The translations under genes were made by a program, and so were the position numbers. From the NCBI RefSeq assembly GCF_009914755.1, contig NC_060946.1: a stretch of DNA of 64,000 bases; one strand, given 5' to 3'. The first letter of the stretch is position 1. Each line of letters opens with the position of its first letter. The notes under the pieces are model-generated. The model made no database searches and was not told where the DNA came from. It saw only the letters and a program-made list of their open reading frames with translations. The stretch is from the human T2T-CHM13v2.0 reference genome, Homo sapiens. This document shows positions 27,919 through 64,000 of the stretch, in pieces.

Positions 27919-30900
27919 AAATGTCAATTTTAAATGGTACCAAGACAAGAACTTAAGACTGGGCTTCTTGCCCATTTTCTCTTAATGAGAAACCAAACAT
28001 TCTGTACAAAATGATTCTAAACAGCAAGATACAAGTAGCCAACAAATACACAAGGACACACACCGCTGGACCAAACATACCAGCCTGACTCTGCAGTGGG
28101 CTCTCAGCAGGCAGACGGCCATCGTCCCAGGCCTCAGGGGCCTGGTGTATCCCAGAATGATGCTCTTAGTGCTCTGCAGGTCAGCCTCCCCTCCCCCACA
28201 CTTCCCAGATCAAGGCCCAGGCCCAGAACAGAAGTGCTCACTTCCCTGTCCTGCATGTCCCTGGGGGTCACAGTCATGTGGGTGATGCTGTGCCAGGGCC
28301 TGGGACTAAGATGACAGCCTCACAGCACGTTGAAGGACCACAAGGCCGACTACAGCTGAGCCTATGTTCCCATAACCAGAATGGTTGTGCTTCTGCCGTA
28401 GGAATGTGGTCTATTTTAATAGTTTGAAATGAAGAAGTTGTCCATATCAAGCCAGAAAGGGACTAATTGGCCAAAGCTCTCGTGCTGCTCATCCCTTGCG
28501 ATGCAGAGCCTCCAGAGAGAAGTAACAGAGCAAGGAGCTCCGAGACCAGCAGAGCCTCAGCCTAGGAAGGGGCCAGACAACATCGAATCCAACCACCCAC
28601 TCCACAGATGGGAAAGCAAAGTCCTAGGGAGATGTCCTTGCCCGTTTCTCATTGTTCCCACCTGACTGCTAACTTTGCAGGTGGTGGGGGTGGGTGAAGA
28701 CGGCTCCCCTGGAGAGCCCAGCAGGACAAGCCCCCATGTGAGCTGCACTGGCTGAGGTGTCCCTTTTTGGGGTCTCAGTCCTGGCCAGGCCACCAGGGGA
28801 GGTGGACTTTAACCTCAAGATAGGTCCAAGGACCCCTGTATTAAGCTGAGTTGACTTTTCCTTCTGGGATGGTGGGTGGAGGGGGGGATACATGCTAGAC
28901 ATGGCTGGAGTCCAGGCTTGGGAGTAGAGCTCTGCTTCCAATAGGCCAGTGTCCTCTTCTCTTGTCCTTCTTTCCATCTCCACCCCTACTTTCACCCTCA
29001 GGGTTTGGTGGTCACAGGAACCAAGAGCTGGAAGGAACCCCTCTGGAGATGGGACTTGAACACCTCAGTCTCTGAAGCCTCCACCAGGTTCATGCACACC
29101 ATGCACACTCAGAACATGCAGCACTTTCTTAGCAGCCTGGGATCAACAGGGAAGGTGGCTGGGCTGGGAGCTGAGATCAATACTGGGCCCCACTGTAGTC
29201 AGCTGGGGACAGGGGATGGCAGTTAAGAGCTGCGCTGTATGGGACCCCTTGTAGAGGACCTTACAGGGACACAGTCAGGGCTGGGCCAGTGAGCCAGCAC
29301 CCTGCACACTCTGCCCAGTGTGGTCACACAGCCATCACCATTCCACCCGTGGGAGCACAAAGGCCCGGCCCCTGCAGTTCTGAGCAGCTGGACCTGCCCT
29401 CCAAAGCTCCTGTGGCCCCTCAGCACAGGCTTTTCCAGTCTGTCGTTCCTTCCTCCACTGCAGCCTGGCCCTGCCCTCCTTCCCTGCAAAAATCTGACCT
29501 AACCTCTCAAGACTAATTCAGGCACCCCTTGTCCTAAAAACCACCTTCTCTGCCTCCACTCCCTGAGGAGTTTTCACTTCCTGTGCACCCCATCAGCATC
29601 TTCAGCCTATCTTGGCCATCACCACTGTCTGTGTCCTTGTCCTTTCCCTCACTGATGTGACCTTGTCACGTTTGGGAAAAGGTCTAATAGATTCCCCGTG
29701 TCCTCAGTGCCTAAGCCCGGGGCCTTGCCACCTGAGCCTTTGAGCTGCCAGGGGAGAGGGCTCCTGCTGAGGGATGGATCCCCAGAAGCCAGCCAGGCCC
29801 CTGGTCTGGTGAAGTGTGGTGCTCACAGGTGCTGACAGGGTGTGGAGGCCGCCTCCATCAAACCCTGTGGGCAGTCATTTTTTGGAGGAGGAAAGTCTGT
29901 TCACCCCAAGGTAGGATGAAGTGTCCGCTCTGCCCTGTTCATTCTGAAACTCTTCGAAATTTTGGTCAAAAACTTTCAACAAAAAATTCAGATCCCTACC
30001 TGAACTTTGGCACAAGAAGCCCTGGGTGAGGGCCTACCTTCTGAACCTGCGATTTGAGAATCTCTCAAGTCACAGGAGGAGGAGACTGGCTTCTCCTGTC
30101 CCCATAGCCAAGTTTGAGTCCAATGTGGCACTGGAACGCCAAGGAAGAGGGCGAAGTGAGAGGGAAACACGGCCTGGCACAGCCTCAGCCCCACCCCAGG
30201 CCGTCCTCCCTGCAGGCTCTACCCGCGTCCCAGATGCCCCTCCAGCTGGCCTCCCACACTGCTCCCATGCATAGCAGACCCCCCTTCACCTTCTGCTCCT
30301 GTATTCCTTTCACCACTGATGGCATGCCCCCAGGGCCCCTGGCCACATTTCCCCACTTCTCCCTGGCTGTCTCCCCGGCCTTGCCTCCCATGGGTTCCCT
30401 CTGTGCCCTCCCCACTGCTCTGCCCCTTCACAGAAGGTCACGTGCTGCACCACCTGCACTGCGGAGTCCCGGGCCCTGCCTCGGGCCCCTGCCTGTCCCA
30501 GGAGCCCCTCAGCCCTGAGCCATCTCCATCTGCACATGCTCCCTTCCTCCCTCGCTCCCTGCCCCATCCCACCCCTCACCCTGCAGGTATTTCCCCCATC
30601 AGTTGCTGCTTTGCCCAGCTCAGATCAAGCCTTCTTAGGCAGGCAAGGGCCCCCCAAGGGGCATCAGCAAAGAGCAGCAGAGCCAGCCTGCAGCTCCGGA
30701 TTTCTGGGGCCCTGACCCTGGTCCTTGTCACCCCAGTCTCTGGAGCTCCAGCCCTGCTTCTTGTGGCTTTCGGCTGTTCGTCTTCATGTTTTCCCTTCCT
30801 TTTGCCCTTCCCTCTCTGCCTCTCCCACCCGGGAGCAGCTGCCATACTCTGGCCTCAGTCTGAAAGTGGGAGCCCTTGCAGGTATCAGCTGCCCTGCTGG

Positions 30901-31406
30901 TCTAAGGATCTAATTCCTTTGCTTCTCAAGACCACCTTTAACCTTCCTTCTCAACTATTCCAACGTTTGATGGCCTTGCCTCTCCCCTGACCAAAAAATG
31001 CCAGGGCTGAAAAGGTCCATGACCACTGTGGCCTGTGGGCCTTGGGACCCCGGGTCAGCAAGGTAGCTCCTCATGTTCCAGGATTGAGGGAAACAGCCCA
31101 GAGGCTAGAAGGAAGAGGCTGAGGACCATGAGTAAGTGTGAGAGTGGAAATCTGTTGGGAGCCCAGGTCTGAGGGGCAGGAAGAGACTGAGGATGCTTGC
31201 TGGCAACTGCTCCTAGCAAGGGGGTGAAGGTGGGGACCATGGCCAGCCAAAGGCACAGGTGGGCCCCAAGCAGGCAAAGGATGTATATTGATCAGGCCTC
31301 TGCTCTCTATGTAAGGGATGCGGTCCCTGATATTACAGAGCTTTAGAGTGTGGCGGAGCAGCTCTGAGGCACTGTCCTGGCCCCACTCTGGTTTTGGTGG
31401 CCCGAG

Positions 31407-60854
<29,448 letters not shown>

Positions 60855-61404
60855 CTAAGGAAGGAGTAAGAAGAGGGGAAGCATGCATTTGTTATTACAA
60901 AGCTTTTAACAGGTCTGAGACATCACTAAGTTAAGGATGGGACTCGGACCTGCACTCAGCCTATGTCTCCCTTTCGGATTTCCCCAGTTTCAAAGGTGGA
61001 GAGTGACTTTGAATGCATTTTACTGCAGCATCTCACTATGTCAACAGAGTCTCATCACTACAAAATAAGATGTGCATTTCCACACTTTAGAGCAGGAGGT
61101 TGGGTGAGGACACTTTATAGCAACAATTTCATTAGCCTAGAACACTGACCTCAATGCATAGCACTTTTAGACAGAGTAGAACTCTCAAAGCCACAACACC
61201 TTAGTTTATAGATGGGGACCTCCACTAAGCATGGTGAGTTGAAGCAACAATGTCAGAAGCAGAAGCAGTAGCAGTAAACAAGTAGCAGAAAAACATGTTT
61301 CCCAACTTTTAGTAAAATGTGCTTTTTACCATATCATGATGCTTTAGAAGAGTCACAGAGAAACCCTTCTAAAACTTCTCTGAAGCACAGGACTTCAGGA
61401 TGCT

Positions 61405-61673
61405 TCTTTTTTAAGGGACACAGTCTTACTCTGTCACTCAGGCTGGAGTGCAATGGTGGCACAGTCACAGCTCACTGCAGCCTCTAATTCCTGAGCTTAG
61501 GTAATCATCCCACTTCAGCCTCCTAAGTAGCTGGGACTAGAGCATACACCACCATACCTAGCTAATTCTTTAATATATTTTTTTGCAGAGATGGGGTCTC
61601 ACTATGTTGCCTAGGCTCATCTTCAACTCCTGGCCTCATATGATCCTCCTGCTTCCGCCTCCCAAAGCACTGA
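61405..61673 (-). mobile_element. Old Alu (AluJ-like), antisense
   Basis: T tract, then ...ctctgtcactcaggctggagtgcaatgg...gcctcccaaagcactgaga. Confidence 0.85.
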
Positions 61674-62089
61674 GAGACCTTTTTTCTATCTTGTTCACTG
61701 CTATATCCCTAGTACTTATAATAGTATTACTGATCAGATAAACTCCTTATACTGCTCCATCCCATAGAATTGAATGCATTATTACATTTTGTCTTAGGCT
61801 GTCTTCTACCTTCCACCTCTTCAACAAGACTGAGTGATCCATGAGCAGACACCACACACAGGGATAAAAGACTACCCATGGTAGAGAACTGTGGATGAGT
61901 CTATGCTTCTCCACTGACTCCAGGTGTGACTTTCCAGTAAGCCATTTACCTCTTTGGAGCTTGTCTCGGCTATTGGAATCACCACCACCACCACCTGCCC
62001 TAAGTACCTCATAGTTTTATTATGCAAACAAACTCGAACCACTTGCTATACAACCCTGAAGGACTACAGATGCCAAGCATTGGGTTATT

Positions 62090-62990
62090 ATCACAACTCT
62101 TTAGAACCCAAGAGAGTCCTACACTCTAGGACTCCTACCACCTTTTCCCACTCACCTTTTACCCCTGTTATTTTCCCCCTTATCAAACTTCCTTTCCATG
62201 GCTCTATTATAATCATACCTTTGCTTCTTTCTCCATTCCTCTTATTTATCTGGCAAAACCACAGCCCCTGGCTAAGCCTAATGCTTTGCCTACTCCACCT
62301 GTTCCCATTCAGCTGTGAACAGCTGGAGAGAAATACACAACCATGCTGCCTGGTCTCACTGTAACTTCAAGGGGCCCTCATGTGGCCCAATGTCCTACCA
62401 TATTTACCTAGTTCATGGTTTTCTCCTAGTGTTTTGCAACAATTTCTCAACTTCTCTCCCTTTAAACCTCCAACACCCTTATTTCTTTGTTTCTTATTCC
62501 ATGAGAAAATATAAGCAATGAAAAGAGAATCTGCACCTGATCCGCCTCCACACCCACCAGCCTGCCTGTGCCTATAGCCCTGGACCTTGTCACTGGGGAG
62601 CACAGAGAGTTCATCCATTCTAAGGCCAACCTTCTTGCATTTGTGAACACCCTCTCGCTCACAAACGGACATCACTTCAACAGTTCTCCACCTCTACTAG
62701 GATCATTCCCATCAAGACACAAATTTCTCCCATCTTAGAAAAAAAAAATTAGAAATTTGGTTTCAGCCTGCATTCTCTTCCAACTATGGCCCAGTTTTTC
62801 TACCCTCTTTACCTTAAAACTCTGAAGAGTTTCCTCATTGCTAATCTTCATTTCCTCCTCTCCTGTTTTGTGAAATCACTCTAATCAGGCTGTTCCCCTT
62901 CTGCACCACTAAAATGACTCATGGAAGGTCCCAAAGACTTCATTGCTGCTATATCAACTCCTGGGCCTCACTTAATCTCCCAGCATAAAC
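62090..62990. mobile_element. L2-like degenerate LINE fragment
   Basis: C/T-rich degenerate sequence with L2-like motifs (ggcaaaaccacagcccctgg, cttattccatgagaaaata); boundaries approximate. Confidence 0.45.
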
Positions 62991-63239
62991 CGTACCCAAT
63001 AAGCCTTGGATTGAAAAAGATTGAAGACTGAGGCATAGCCAGACAGGATAGAGCTGAGGAACATAAAAATAAGTGCTACTTATTTACAGTCACCTGAAGT
63101 ATTGCCGAGGCTGCTGCCTTCACGATTCTGTGTGTACATGGTGCAGGTGTTATGTATATACATGTAGTGTGAGCATAGCAGGTGTACTGTTACTACTCTA
63201 GCTGGTGTTTACTCTCATATATTGTAAGGGTTTTTATGC

Positions 63240-63765
63240 TACTGCATTATTTCAATTTTGTGTAAATTATGCAGCCGTATTTCCATATATTAAGTTTATA
63301 TGTTCACCCTAAATTCTGTGATCTTGCTATATTCACCTAGCTCTGGGAGGGTTTTTTGAAGTAGATTTCTTAGAAGTTCCTGTATATCCAATCATGTCTT
63401 TTGAGAATAAAGACAACTTTACTTCATCTTTTACAATCTGTATGACTTCCATTTCTTTTTAATGCTTGTTACACTGACTAGACCCTTTGGTACAACACTG
63501 CATAAAAGTCATACGCACAGACATCCTTGCTTTGTTCATGATCTTAGGGTAAAACGTTCAGTATTTTATGATTAAGAATGTTGTTAGCTGTAGGTTTTTC
63601 ACAGATACGACTAATTTTCTATGGTTTGTTGAAATTTGGTCAAATACTTTTTTGCATCTATTCAGATGAGCAGGTGATTTTTCTTCTTTATTCTCTTAAT
63701 GTGATGAATTGCACTGGCCTGTTTTTAAACGTTAAGCCAACTTTGCATTCATCCTATAAACGCCT
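63240..63765 (-). mobile_element. Old L1M fragment, antisense
   Basis: Antisense ORF2-like ...acatccttgctttgttcatgatcttaggg...atgttgttagctgtaggtttt. Confidence 0.65.
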
Positions 63766-64000
63766 TGGTCATAAAGTGGCAGAGCAAGACTTCAAGCCCA
63801 GCAGCCTGGTTTCACGGGCTCTGCTTGTTCTCTCACCAATATTGCTTTACGTGTAGAATTTGGGCTGAGGGTAGAGGAGAGGGAACAGTGATGAGGATGA
63901 CTCTGCAAAGATAGTTGGGCGGATAATGGAATACGGTTTCCCAAATCTGTAAGCAGATCCTTGAAAGCTGTGGATTGCTCGGCTCCAGTCTTCATCCTCC

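Noticed and set aside
30026-30990. Long overlapping ORFs (223 aa at 30319-30990 and others)
   Set aside because: Pro/Ser/Leu-rich translations of GC-rich DNA downstream of the GAB4 stop; no recognisable domain, and several frames are open at once.

Overview
This is primate genomic DNA, almost certainly human because it carries a human-specific AluYb8. Gene content matches the pericentromeric 22q11.1 region. The left ~21 kb is AT- and repeat-rich. It holds an inactivated Ig kappa V1 orphon (likely IGKV1OR22-1, minus strand), an older Ig V-gene relic head-to-head with it, a HERV-L/MLT2A provirus and L1/Alu/LTR debris. The right ~33 kb holds coding exons 2-10 of GAB4, a GAB2 paralogue on the minus strand; exon 1 lies beyond the window. 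This haplotype has an in-frame TGA in exon 3 (G163*). The GAB2-like long exon 4 ends in a second stop, which can be avoided only through an internal splice donor. GAB4 has lost its PI3K-binding YxxM motifs but kept SHP2-type and Grb2-type motifs. Intron 3 holds a full-length L1PA nested in an older L1, and an LTR14-type solo LTR flanked by a ~165-bp duplication. Several small rearrangement scars are also visible: an LTR micro-inversion, a templated 31-bp insertion and a twin-primed mini-L1. I found no CRISPR array, RNA gene or prokaryote-type system. Most ORFs in the track are spurious or retroelement fragments. Family and gene names come from recall, not from database searches.
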